Positions 50,646 through 60,734 of a DNA stretch of 64,000 bases are shown in pieces (positions within the stretch are counted from its first letter, which is position 1; every line of letters starts with the position of its first letter). A program made the translations under genes and the position numbers. The stretch lies in NCBI GenBank assembly GCA_963662585.1, contig OY759729.1:544001-608000 (forward strand), given 5' to 3'. The DNA is from Candidatus Cloacimonadales bacterium (lineage in GTDB: Bacteria > Cloacimonadota > Cloacimonadia > Cloacimonadales > JAFGVF01). The notes below the pieces were generated by a model. The model saw only the letters and a list, made by a program, of their open reading frames with translations. It ran no database searches and was not told where the DNA came from.

Positions 50646-51377
50646 TTACCAACTACCTGATGCTCCACCACCGCCGAAGCCACCGCCTCCGCCTGAGAAG
50701 CCACCACCACCGAAACCACCACCGAAGCCACTTCCGCCACGGCCACCTCTTCCGCCACCCATTAAGGAGCCAAAGAGTAATAATGGGAATAATCTTCCTC
50801 TAAACAAGATAGATATAATAATCAAAAAGATGATATAACCAATAGAGGAACCTTTCTTTTCGCTTTCTCGAGAGCGTCTAAGATCTTGTTGAGAAATAGT
50901 AGTTTTACCTGTCATTACATTATTTACAGTAATTAAACCAGCTTTAACTCCAGCAAAATAGCCTCCACTACGGAAATTAGGGATAATATCTTTTCTTATG
51001 ATATATCCACTTACACCATCAGTAAGTTTATGTTCTAAACCATAACCTACTTCTATCCTAACATCTCTTTCATTAGGAGCAACAAGTAAGATTAAGCCAT
51101 TATCGCTTGCTTTTGAACCTATCTTCCACTCTTCAGCCAATCTAATAGTATAATCTTCTACAGCATAACCGTCGAGTGATTTAACAGTAACAACAACAGC
51201 TTGAATTTCAGAATCTTTTTCTAAACCTACTAACAAGGCAGTAAGTTGATTCTCTTCAGAATTACTAAAGATATTTGCTTGATCAACAACTCTTCCTGTT
51301 AATTTAGGAAAAGAAAGTGCGGATAAGGAGACTACTAAACCAAGGATAGAGATAATTATTACTATTTTCTTAAACAT
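50646..51377 (-). CDS. TPM domain protein with Gly-rich tail (YgcG-like)
   Basis: GRVVDQA, DNGLILLVA..ER.VRIEVGYGLE, GGGGGFGGGGASGSW. Confidence 0.92.
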   Translation of the reverse strand: MFKKIVIIISILGLVVSLSALSFPKLTGRVVDQANIFSNSEENQLTALLVGLEKDSEIQAVVVTVKSLDGYAVEDYTIRLAEEWKIGSKASDNGLILLVAPNERDVRIEVGYGLEHKLTDGVSGYIIRKDIIPNFRSGGYFAGVKAGLITVNNVMTGKTTISQQDLRRSRESEKKGSSIGYIIFLIIISILFRGRLFPLLLFGSLMGGGRGGRGGSGFGGGFGGGGFSGGGGGFGGGGASGSW

Positions 51378-51379
51378 CT

Positions 51380-52042
51380 TTATATCTCCCTTACTTGATT
51401 TGGAAGCTCATTAGTATCATCCTCTTTGACTGGAAAGTTTTTTGCAAGAACTTGACCAATTTCAGTAATTACCTTAACTAATTCACTACCAAAGTTATTG
51501 CCTTTTATTCCATTAATAATTCTATCTACTTGCTTTTGCCATGATTGATTAGAATAAACTTCAGCTATTCCTGTATCAGCTAAAATAAGCACTTTTTTCT
51601 CTAAATTAGAGATAAATATTAAGACTCCTGTTCTATCACGAGTTTTACTTACCCCATATTCCATAAAGCTAAGTTGAGCTTTTTCTTTAACTTTAGCTTC
51701 TTTGACTGACTTAGGAATAATTAATCTATCAATAAAAGGGATATTGGCTAGAAAATAGAAGAGAGTGATTATCACAAATGCACCTAAACCAATCACTGAA
51801 GTTGTGATTATTTTAGACTCACTCCAAAATCTACTCATAATGAGATCATCTATTTTTGAGAAATAAATTAGTGAGAGAACCATGAATAATAGTCCTACAA
51901 TAACAGCAAAAGTCAGTTCATAAACAGCATAATCACTACTCTGTTTAGCAACAACTACTGCAATCTCTCCTGAAGTATTCTTCTCTGCCTTAGCCACAGC
52001 CTCAGCAATTAAATCTTTTTCTTTCTTTGATAATTTTGCCAT
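51380..52042 (-). CDS. TPM domain membrane protein
   Basis: AEKNTSGEI, TRDRTGVLIFIS..E, LADTGI, NELPN motifs; lemA operon. Confidence 0.88.
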   Translation of the reverse strand: MAKLSKKEKDLIAEAVAKAEKNTSGEIAVVVAKQSSDYAVYELTFAVIVGLLFMVLSLIYFSKIDDLIMSRFWSESKIITTSVIGLGAFVIITLFYFLANIPFIDRLIIPKSVKEAKVKEKAQLSFMEYGVSKTRDRTGVLIFISNLEKKVLILADTGIAEVYSNQSWQKQVDRIINGIKGNNFGSELVKVITEIGQVLAKNFPVKEDDTNELPNQVREI

Positions 52043-52046
52043 AAGC

Positions 52047-52652
52047 TTAGTTACTCATATCTATTTTTGGAGCTTTACTAGCACCTTCATCAGCACTGAA
52101 ATAAGCCTTAGGTGAGAAACCAAAATTGTTAGCAAAGATTACTTGAGGGAAACGCTTGATATAAGTGTTAAAGTCTTGAGCTGAAAGATTAAATCTTCTT
52201 CTCTCTGTAGAAATTCTATTTTCTGTACCAGCTAACTCATTTTGAAGTTGAAGGAATGATTCATTTGCTTTAAGATTAGGATAATTTTCTGTTAGCATCA
52301 TTAATCTTTGTAAAGAACCACCTAAAGTAGCTTGTGCTTTTTGAAATCTTTCAATAGCTTGTGGGTCATTTAAGTCTTCTGAGCTAAGTTGCATTACACC
52401 ACCGACCTTAGAACGAGCTTCTGTAACAGCAGATAAAGTCTCTTTCTCATGGGCTGCATAACCTTTAACTATTTCTACTAAATTAGGAATTAAATCCATT
52501 CTTCTCTGATAAACATTTTCAACTTGTGACCAACTTGCAATCACGCCCTGCTCTTTTTCAACCATACTGTTGTAAATTCCTCGAGTATAACTAAAACCTA
52601 TAAACACAACTAAACCTAACACCACTAATGTAATTATTAAACCTTTTTTCAT
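52047..52652 (-). CDS. lemA: LemA family protein
   Basis: YQRRMDLIPNLV..VKGYAAHE, ENYPNLKAN, LAGTENRI..ERRRFN; start ATG 52652 after AGGAG. Confidence 0.93.
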   Translation of the reverse strand: MKKGLIITLVVLGLVVFIGFSYTRGIYNSMVEKEQGVIASWSQVENVYQRRMDLIPNLVEIVKGYAAHEKETLSAVTEARSKVGGVMQLSSEDLNDPQAIERFQKAQATLGGSLQRLMMLTENYPNLKANESFLQLQNELAGTENRISTERRRFNLSAQDFNTYIKRFPQVIFANNFGFSPKAYFSADEGASKAPKIDMSN

Positions 52653-52724
52653 TGATTTCTCCTTTTTTTTTTTAAATCTAAAGATTATTTGATTTGTATC
52701 AACTATTTTAGTCAAGCTAAACAA

Positions 52725-54206
52725 TTAATATTTTATTCCATGCTTTTTGCATATCATTTTGGCACTAATCCTACCTGATTCATAAATCGTTGGTAAGCCA
52801 CTTCCTGGATGCGTTCCTCCACCCACTAAGAAGCAATTATCCAACTCTTCAAATTTATTATGAGGTCGGAAATAAAGCATCTGATTAATACTATGACCAA
52901 GATTAAAAGTAGCTCCTAGAAAGACATTATAATCGCTTTTCCAGTCTTCAGGAGTAATCACCTTTTCAACTTTTATATGTTCTTCTATATCAGATAAAGC
53001 TACTTTTTCTTTCAACACTTTCATCACTTTTTCTCTATATTCAGGACCAAAAGTCTGCCAATTAATACCGCTTTTAAGATTAGTTATCGGCACTAATACA
53101 TAAAGAGTACTATGACCCTCTGGGGCTAAAGTTGGGTCTGTAATCGAGGCATTTTGCACATAGACTGAGAAATCCTCTCCAACTCTTCGATAAACACTTA
53201 TATCATCAATATTAGCCTTATAATCATCAGCAAAATAGATACTGTGATGAGGTAAATCATATTTTTTATCTAAGCCAAGATATAACATAAAGGTAGAACA
53301 AGAATACTCCTTCCCCTTTAATTTTTGAGGAGACCACTTCTTCGACTCTTTATAAAGATTTGAGAAAGAATAAGCAAAATCTGAATTTATTATCACATCT
53401 TCTGAATAGATCTTTTCGCAATTTTCTAAAACTACCCCCAAAACCTCTCCGAAATTTGTAATTAGTTCTTTAACTGCTGTATTATAGACTATTGTTCCCC
53501 CTTCCTCAGCAAATACTTTAGCCATAGCTTCAGAGATTTTATTCAATCCACCCTTAACATGATAGATTCCATACTCATGTTCAATATAAGGAACCATGGT
53601 GAATAGAGCAGGACAGCTCCACGGGGACATTCCTAAGTACTTAGCTTGGAAAGTAAAGGCTATCTTCAAATCTTCTGATTGATAATAAGAGCCTAAGGCT
53701 TGATGCATGGTCTTATGAAGTTGAAGATAAGGAAAAGCATAGAGAATATCAGCTTCAACCATTCTTTGCGGATAAGAGTAATCTTTCTTGAGGCAAGGAT
53801 AAAGCCTGCGATAACGCTCCTTTTCATACTCCATCAATCTATCATATCCTTCTGATTCTCCTGGGAAGTATTTTTCTATCTCCTCTTTCATCAAAGTTTT
53901 ATCCTTATAATGAACCATTGTTTTATCTTTAAAAATTAAGGTATAGAGAGGTTCTAAGTCATAAAATTCTAAATAGTCATTGATATCCCGACCTGTTTCG
54001 CTAAATATCTCATCCAAAAAGTATTTCATCATTAGAAAAGTAGGACCTGTATCAAAGCGGTAATCACCTAATTCAATTGCTTGATTTCTTCCTCCTGGTT
54101 TGGAGTCTTTTTCATAGATAGTTACTTCAAATCCTCTCTTTTGTAATAAGATCCCAGCAGTCAAACCACCTGGTCCTGCCCCGATTATAGTAATTTTTGG
54201 ACGCAT
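52725..54206 (-). CDS. Phytoene/diapophytoene desaturase family FAD oxidoreductase (CrtI/CrtN-like)
   Basis: IIGAGPGGL, FDTGPT, HHSIYF, DPTLAPEG, LVGGGTHPGSGLP motifs. Confidence 0.85.
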   Translation of the reverse strand: MRPKITIIGAGPGGLTAGILLQKRGFEVTIYEKDSKPGGRNQAIELGDYRFDTGPTFLMMKYFLDEIFSETGRDINDYLEFYDLEPLYTLIFKDKTMVHYKDKTLMKEEIEKYFPGESEGYDRLMEYEKERYRRLYPCLKKDYSYPQRMVEADILYAFPYLQLHKTMHQALGSYYQSEDLKIAFTFQAKYLGMSPWSCPALFTMVPYIEHEYGIYHVKGGLNKISEAMAKVFAEEGGTIVYNTAVKELITNFGEVLGVVLENCEKIYSEDVIINSDFAYSFSNLYKESKKWSPQKLKGKEYSCSTFMLYLGLDKKYDLPHHSIYFADDYKANIDDISVYRRVGEDFSVYVQNASITDPTLAPEGHSTLYVLVPITNLKSGINWQTFGPEYREKVMKVLKEKVALSDIEEHIKVEKVITPEDWKSDYNVFLGATFNLGHSINQMLYFRPHNKFEELDNCFLVGGGTHPGSGLPTIYESGRISAKMICKKHGIKY

Positions 54207-54589
54207 CACTCCTCCATTATAATTTTTAATTTTCAGACAATATAATTAATATAGTTGATAATACAAAATTTTCTTTGCTTACTCCTGTCCACTTTTTGAA
54301 ATAATTCGAAAATCACTTCTTATAATTCTCCAAAATTTCCTCAAAGTTATTGCTTTATATTTTCAAAATTATATATTTCTCATCTATAAAGTGCTTGAAG
54401 TATTTCTTCTAAAATCCTACTAACCAAATAGCTAAAAACATTAAAAAAATTAATTATTATTTTCATTTGACAAGAATGCTAATTCTATAATTTTTAATAT
54501 CATAGATTAAGAAACTAAAGAAATAGAAAATATAAATAATGTTATTTAAACCATTGATTTTAATAACTTTAACATAATTGGGAGATAGG

Positions 54590-56674
54590 ATGATTAAAGC
54601 CGTTTTGAAACGAACTGGACAACTAGTAGCTTTTGATAAAGATAAGATAAAGAAGGCAATTCTAAGGGCAGGATTAGCTACTTCAGAATTTGGAGATGAT
54701 ACTGCCGAACAACTCACTATGAAAGTTGTAAATTTAATTTTACAGCTCCATAATGAGAAAATAATTACTATTGAGAAAATTCAAGATATCGTAGAAGAAA
54801 TTCTCCTATCTTCTACTTTTAAAAAGACAGCTAAAAGCTACATTATCTATCGTGATCAGCATGCCAAGATTAGAGAGATTGTCTCTAAATCAAATGTCGA
54901 TCTTATTGACCAATATCTAAAGAAATTAGATTGGCAAGTGAATGAAAATAGTAATATGGCCTACTCTTTACAAGGACTCAATAATTACATTGCTTCAGAA
55001 GTAAGCAAAACTTATTGGTTAAACAAAATTTACCCTTCAGAGATTAAAGAAAATCATTCTGGTGGAGATATTCATGTTCATGACCTTGGTCTTCTCTCAG
55101 TCTATTGCGTTGGTTGGGATTTATACAATCTTATAAAAGTTGGTTTTACCGGAGCTGTTGGTAAAATTGAAAGCAAACCTGCTAAGCACTTTAGATCTGC
55201 CTTGGGACAAATAGTAAATTTCTTCTATACTCTTCAAGGTGAAGCTGCTGGTGCTCAAGCATTCTCAAGTTTTGATACCCTACTTGCTCCCTTCATTAAA
55301 TACGATAAGCTTGACTATAAAGAAGTTAAACAGGCTATGCAAGAGTTTATCTTCAATATTAATGTACCTACCAGAGTCGGATTTCAAACACCTTTTACCA
55401 ATATCACTATGGACTTAATTCCTCCTAAAATTTACCGTGACCAAAATGTTATCATTGGTGGAGAATTAATGGATGAAACCTATGCTGATTTCCCTCAAGA
55501 AATGATTATGATTAATCGTGCCTTCTTGGAAATCATGACTGAAGGTGATGCTAAAGGTAGAGTTTTCTCCTTCCCTATCCCAACTTATAATATTACTGAA
55601 GATTTCGATTGGGATAATCCCGACTTAGATCTTCTCTGGGAAGCAACAGGTAAATACGGCATTCCCTACTTCTCTAACTTCGTGAACTCTGATATGAGCC
55701 CTGAAGATGCTCGTTCTATGTGCTGTAGGCTTCGCTTGGATACTAGGAAACTAGAAGCTAGAGGTGGTGGACTCTTCGGTGCAAACCCCCTCACTGGCTC
55801 AATAGGCGTGGTTACCATCAATCTACCACGAATCGCTTACTTAGCTAAAACTAAAGATGAATTCTATTCTAGATTAAAAGAGAAAATGGATTTAGCTAAA
55901 AAGAGTTTAGAAATTAAAAGGAAAGTTCTAGAATCTTTTACCGATTCCAATCTCTACCCTTACACAAGTTTCTATCTTCAAGATATTAAGCAACGCTTTA
56001 ATCAGTATTGGAAGAACCACTTCTCAACAATCGGCTTAATAGGTATGAATGAAGTCTGCCTCAACTTCTTAGGACAAGATATTACCTCCAAAGAGGGCTC
56101 AGAATTAGCTCTAGAAATTATGGATTTCATGAGAGATAAACTTATTGAATATCAAGAAGAAACAGGTAATAATTATAACTTAGAAGCTACTCCAGCTGAA
56201 GGTACTACCTATAGATTAGCCAGACTTGATAGAAAGAAATTCCCCGAAATTATCGTTGCTAATAATGACCCATATTCTGACAAACCTTTCTATACTAACT
56301 CATCTCAGTTACCTGTTAACTTCACTGATGATGTCTTTGAAGCCTTAGATTTGCAAGACCAGCTCCAAACAAAATACACAGGTGGTACTGTACTCCATAT
56401 CTTTGGTGGTGAAAGAATTAACAATATTCAATCTGTTAAGAATCTAGTAAGAAAAGTATGTACTAATTATCACTTACCTTACTTCACCTTCTCACCTACT
56501 TTCTCAATTTGCCCTACTCATGGCTATATTAAAGGAGAAGAAAATCGCTGTCCTATCTGCCAAACCGAAACTGAGATTTACTCCCGAGTTGTAGGATATC
56601 TTAGACCTGTCCAACAATGGAATGAAGGTAAACAAGAAGAATTTAAAATGAGAAAAACTTTCAATGTTGGCTAG
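54590..56674 (+). CDS. nrdD: Anaerobic (class III) ribonucleoside-triphosphate reductase
   Basis: N-terminal ATP cone, HVHDL, SMCCRL, EATPAE, CPTH..CPIC, YSRVVGYLRP glycyl-radical loop. Confidence 0.95.
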   Translation: MIKAVLKRTGQLVAFDKDKIKKAILRAGLATSEFGDDTAEQLTMKVVNLILQLHNEKIITIEKIQDIVEEILLSSTFKKTAKSYIIYRDQHAKIREIVSKSNVDLIDQYLKKLDWQVNENSNMAYSLQGLNNYIASEVSKTYWLNKIYPSEIKENHSGGDIHVHDLGLLSVYCVGWDLYNLIKVGFTGAVGKIESKPAKHFRSALGQIVNFFYTLQGEAAGAQAFSSFDTLLAPFIKYDKLDYKEVKQAMQEFIFNINVPTRVGFQTPFTNITMDLIPPKIYRDQNVIIGGELMDETYADFPQEMIMINRAFLEIMTEGDAKGRVFSFPIPTYNITEDFDWDNPDLDLLWEATGKYGIPYFSNFVNSDMSPEDARSMCCRLRLDTRKLEARGGGLFGANPLTGSIGVVTINLPRIAYLAKTKDEFYSRLKEKMDLAKKSLEIKRKVLESFTDSNLYPYTSFYLQDIKQRFNQYWKNHFSTIGLIGMNEVCLNFLGQDITSKEGSELALEIMDFMRDKLIEYQEETGNNYNLEATPAEGTTYRLARLDRKKFPEIIVANNDPYSDKPFYTNSSQLPVNFTDDVFEALDLQDQLQTKYTGGTVLHIFGGERINNIQSVKNLVRKVCTNYHLPYFTFSPTFSICPTHGYIKGEENRCPICQTETEIYSRVVGYLRPVQQWNEGKQEEFKMRKTFNVG

Positions 56675-56705
56675 ACAACCTATTTAAACAGCTTAGATTA
56701 TACTA

Positions 56706-56735
56706 TTCCCCCTTCGTTAAAGAGGGGGATTTTTT
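56706..56735 (+). terminator. Intrinsic terminator after nrdD
   Basis: TCCCCCT...AGGGGGA followed by T-run. Confidence 0.7.
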
Positions 56736-56753
56736 ATGCAATCTGACCAAATC

Positions 56754-57136
56754 TCTTCTGCCGGATTGCATGCACCTTGCATGCGAAAAACCTTATAAAA
56801 ATCTAATGTTATCTTAATGTCTAATGTGGAAGCAGAGACGCTTCCACTCCATAATTTCTACAGTCTGGAGAGACTGCCAATAACTGGGATTGCGGGATTC
56901 CAGCCCGCGTCCAGCACTTAGGTGCTGGACTACTTAAGATTACCCAGCATTTCATGCTAGGTGCAGGCAAAATGCCTTCCATTCCATAGAAGAAACACCC
57001 CGTCTGCTTCGCAGCCACCCCTCTTTTAGCGTGCTTTCAGCACTAAAGAGGGGAGTTTAAGAGAATTAGATCTAAATTATAAATAAGTAAAGACTTCTTC
57101 TGCAGGATTGCATGCACCTTGCATGCGAAAAACCTT
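56754..57136. repeat. Composite REP-like cluster bracketed by 41-bp direct repeats
   Basis: TCTTCTGC(C/A)GGATTGCATGCACCTTGCATGCGAAAAACCTT at 56754-56794 and 57096-57136, enclosing TATGGA-, AACTGGG- and long CCCC..GGGG modules. Confidence 0.88.
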
Positions 57137-57252
57137 TCGTGATTTAACCTTCCACCTCAATATTAATGCTCTTCTTCTGCTCCTTCTCAATCAACTAGTT
57201 CTTTTTTGATTTTTTATTGAGACATCATTAATGGAGCAGAGGAAGTGCATTA

Positions 57253-57288
57253 AAACATAAGGCGTATTTGATATACGCCTTATGTTTA
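57253..57288 (-). terminator. Palindrome/terminator after ABC permease
   Basis: AAACATAAGGCGTAT...ATACGCCTTATGTTT; core resembles the GGCGTAT..ATACGCC REP. Confidence 0.6.
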
Positions 57289-57334
57289 TTTTAACTTATT
57301 AGGTAATTTTAACATCCCTAGCTTAAAATATTAC

Positions 57335-58549
57335 TTATTCATACCTAAGAGCATCTATGAGATTAAGGTTTGCCGCTTTTCTAGCTGGATACCAGCCGAA
57401 GAATATACCGATAATAGCAGAGAAGCTAAAGGATAGAAGCACTGACCAGCTTGTGATTTCCACACTCCAATTCATCATATTCCCCACTACTTTGGCGACA
57501 ACGGAACCGAGAATAATCCCGATAATACCTCCCAAGCCACTAAGAAAAATAGCTTCAAAAATGAATTGTCTTAGAACATCTTTCTTTTTTGCACCTACAG
57601 CCATTCTTAAGCCAATTTCCTTGATTCTTTCTGTAACAGAGACAAGCATAATATTCATGATACCAATACCACCTACTATTAGCGAAATACCAGCAATACT
57701 GGATAAAAGCAAGGTGATAGTTGAAGAAACATTATTAGCCATATCAGCTAGATCTGTTTGAGAATTTACAATAAAACTATCTTCAGAAAGAGTCTTATTC
57801 TTGAGCAGAAGAAGTTGTAAAATTTCATTTTTAACAATAGGTATCATCTCTTTAGAAATAGCAGAGACATTAATAGCGATTTGCGGTTCTCTCCAGCCTC
57901 GAAGTCTGGCAAGTACAGTGGTATAAGGTATCAAAACAACATCATCTAAATCTCCACCAACAGCACTTTGTCCTTTTTCTGATAAGATACCTACAATTTC
58001 CATAGGAACATTTCTGATAGTAATTCTTTGTCCAACAGCTCCCCCATCAGGGAAGAGATAATCAGACACAGTTTTACCTAGAACCATTACTTTAGCTCCT
58101 GACTGGATTTGAGTTGAAGAAAAGAATTGTCCTTCAGAAACATCATAATTTCTGATGAAAAAATATTCTGAATTAACACCATAGACTGCTGTTCTCCAAT
58201 TTTTAGAACCCGCTCTAAGTCTACCATAAGTTGTAACTACTGGAGAAATATAATTTACACCTTGAACTTGGTTTCTAATAGACTCGATATCAGCAAGTTT
58301 TATCGAGTTTCCTGAACCAGCTTCTTGTCTAACTGCAGTTCTTGAACTATAGTTAGAAATCACAGTAATAACATTAGTTCCCATACTAGCTATCTCAGAA
58401 TCTACTAATTTCTTAGCACCTTCACCAATTGCCAACATAGTTATGACAGCACCAACACCAATTATAATACCTAACATAGTCAAGAGTGATCTAACTTTAT
58501 TTTTAATTAGTGATTTCATTGCCACTGAGAGAATTTCAAAGATAAGCAT
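57335..58549 (-). CDS. MacB-family ABC transporter permease
   Basis: RSLLTMLGIIIGV, GGIGIMNIMLVSVTERIKEIGLRMAVGA, FGWYPARKAA motifs. Confidence 0.93.
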   Translation of the reverse strand: MLIFEILSVAMKSLIKNKVRSLLTMLGIIIGVGAVITMLAIGEGAKKLVDSEIASMGTNVITVISNYSSRTAVRQEAGSGNSIKLADIESIRNQVQGVNYISPVVTTYGRLRAGSKNWRTAVYGVNSEYFFIRNYDVSEGQFFSSTQIQSGAKVMVLGKTVSDYLFPDGGAVGQRITIRNVPMEIVGILSEKGQSAVGGDLDDVVLIPYTTVLARLRGWREPQIAINVSAISKEMIPIVKNEILQLLLLKNKTLSEDSFIVNSQTDLADMANNVSSTITLLLSSIAGISLIVGGIGIMNIMLVSVTERIKEIGLRMAVGAKKKDVLRQFIFEAIFLSGLGGIIGIILGSVVAKVVGNMMNWSVEITSWSVLLSFSFSAIIGIFFGWYPARKAANLNLIDALRYE

Positions 58550-59301
58550 TAAGCTTCCTCCTCTTCTGCTTGAGGAAGCATCTTTATAGCCTCCATTGCG
58601 CTGAGAACTTTCTCATTCTTACAATCTTTTATTATCTTCCCATCCGAGAAAGTAATAATTCTTTCTGTAAATTGAGCAATTTCAGGCTCGTGAGTAACAA
58701 TTATGATAGTAATTCCCTTACGATGTAGTTCTTGAAAAACATTCATAATTTCTAAAGAAGTTCTAGAATCAAGATTTCCTGTTGGTTCATCAGCAAAGAG
58801 GATTACCGGATTATTAACAATAGCCCGAGCAATAGCAACTCTTTGTTGCTGTCCACCAGATAATTGATTTGGGTAATGATGCAATCTTTTACTCATTTGC
58901 ACAGTATTTAGAGCATCATTAGCCATAGTGATTCTTTCTTTTCTCTTAAGTTCTTTTCTATAGAGAAGAGGTAATTCTACATTCTCAAGAGCAGAAGTTC
59001 TAGAAAGAAGAAAGAAGGATTGAAAAACAAAACCTATCTTTTGATTTCTAATTTCTGCTAAATCATCTTGAGGAATATCTTCAATCTTGACATCATCTAA
59101 TTTATAGCTTCCTGAAGTTGGTTTATCAAGACAGCCAAGAATATTCATTAAGGTAGTTTTTCCTGAACCACTCATTCCCATGATTGATACAAATTCTCCC
59201 TTTTTAACAGACAGGTTAATACTTCTTAAAGCATGAACTTCAATATCTCCCATGATATAAGTTTTGGTCAAATCATTGACTTCGATTAAGTTGTTAGACA
59301 T
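58549..59301 (-). CDS. ABC transporter ATP-binding protein (MacB/LolD family)
   Basis: [30 protein letters not shown] motifs. Confidence 0.95.
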   Translation of the reverse strand: MSNNLIEVNDLTKTYIMGDIEVHALRSINLSVKKGEFVSIMGMSGSGKTTLMNILGCLDKPTSGSYKLDDVKIEDIPQDDLAEIRNQKIGFVFQSFFLLSRTSALENVELPLLYRKELKRKERITMANDALNTVQMSKRLHHYPNQLSGGQQQRVAIARAIVNNPVILFADEPTGNLDSRTSLEIMNVFQELHRKGITIIIVTHEPEIAQFTERIITFSDGKIIKDCKNEKVLSAMEAIKMLPQAEEEEA

Positions 59302-59310
59302 GTTTTTTCC

Positions 59311-60564
59311 TTAGAATCTTCTTGGTTGCATACCAGTAGAAAAGGCACTAGCACTATTACCTGTACTTTTAACATAATTAATACCAATAATTACTTGAGC
59401 ATCTTCTTCAAGACCTGAAAGAACCTCAATAAAAGTTCCGTCAGATTCTCCAACTTGGATATTAACTTGCTGTGGCATACCATCTGCTAAAACCCAAATT
59501 TGAGCATTTCTAGCCTTAGCTTGAGTCTGACCTTCCTGAGGACGCTCTCTTCTTCTTCCTTGACCACGCTGGCTTCCTGGGGTATTAGCTTGGGAACTTG
59601 CAGGAACTGTAACTATTTTTGAATAATCTAAGCCCATTGATTCCCAAATCTCTTGAGTAGGTTTGAACTGCATTGCTCTTTCTTGGATAGCTATAACATT
59701 AGGATTTTGTGATATGATAATTTCTAAGTTAGCTGTCATTCCAGGTAAAAGTATACTTTCAGGATTCTTGATAGAAATTATGACAGGATATGTAACTACA
59801 TTCTGCTCTGATGAAGGATTTAATCTCACTTGACTAATAACTCCATGAAATCTCTTTTGCGTGAAAGCATCTACTGTGAATCTTACCTCTAAACCTTCTT
59901 TGACCTTACCGATATCAGCTTCATCAATGTAAGCCTCTATCTGCATTTCTTCTAATTTATTAGCGATTATGAAGAGGGTAGGAGCATTTAGACTAGCTGC
60001 AACTGTCTGACCTTCATCAACACTTCGAGAAGTAACCACGCCATCAATTGGTGAATAGATATAAGCATTATTAAGATTCTTTTGAGCTCTTTGAACTGAG
60101 AATTCAGATTTGGCTAAGTTCTCCACTGATAAATTATATGTGTATTGAGCTTGTTTGAGTTCGAACTCTGAAATCATCTCTTGCTCAAAGAGTTCTTGTT
60201 TGTTTTCTAAATCATCTAAATTATTTTCCACAGTTAATCTATTTCTATTTCTGTCGATTTTAGCTTCTTCAAGAGACATTTCTAAAGTTTCAGTGTCTAA
60301 TTTAGCTAATAATTCACCTTTTTTAACAGGATCATTGAAGTCTTTATATAGTTTTTCGATTTTACCAGAAACTTCTGTACCGATATTTACTTTAGTGATT
60401 GGATTTACTGTACCAATGGAAGTTATTGTCTGAGTGATTGTTGTTCTTTGAGCCTGATAAATTCTCCAATCTGGAGCGTTCTTCTTCTCCTTGAATTTCC
60501 AATAAGCTACTCCGCTCAAGGCAATGATGATTAATACTACAGCTATACTTGCTACTTTTTTCAT
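59311..60564 (-). CDS. Periplasmic adaptor (MacA-like membrane fusion protein)
   Basis: GTEVSGKI, IYSPIDGVV, GQTVAASL.APTLF, DEADIG motifs. Confidence 0.92.
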   Translation of the reverse strand: MKKVASIAVVLIIIALSGVAYWKFKEKKNAPDWRIYQAQRTTITQTITSIGTVNPITKVNIGTEVSGKIEKLYKDFNDPVKKGELLAKLDTETLEMSLEEAKIDRNRNRLTVENNLDDLENKQELFEQEMISEFELKQAQYTYNLSVENLAKSEFSVQRAQKNLNNAYIYSPIDGVVTSRSVDEGQTVAASLNAPTLFIIANKLEEMQIEAYIDEADIGKVKEGLEVRFTVDAFTQKRFHGVISQVRLNPSSEQNVVTYPVIISIKNPESILLPGMTANLEIIISQNPNVIAIQERAMQFKPTQEIWESMGLDYSKIVTVPASSQANTPGSQRGQGRRRERPQEGQTQAKARNAQIWVLADGMPQQVNIQVGESDGTFIEVLSGLEEDAQVIIGINYVKSTGNSASAFSTGMQPRRF

Positions 60565-60734
60565 AAAATCCTCTATTTTTTATTATTTATTCTGTTTTTG
60601 ATGTGGGAAAAAAGCTCTATCTCTATTAAGACTACTAAGGAAATGAAATCCTGCAATGTTTTTTTCTTTTTTTTGGGAGAAGTGAGGCTTAATAACAAGC
60701 TCAGTTAAGATAAGAAAACTTTCGCAGTCACCCC

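Noticed and set aside
54210..54589. NrdR boxes upstream of nrdD, and ORF 54463-54717
   Set aside because: No convincing tandem NrdR-box match; the ORF is antisense to nrdD.
56754..57136. Integron attC sites
   Set aside because: No RYYYAAC/GTTRRRY ends, no cassette ORF between the repeats, and no integrase.
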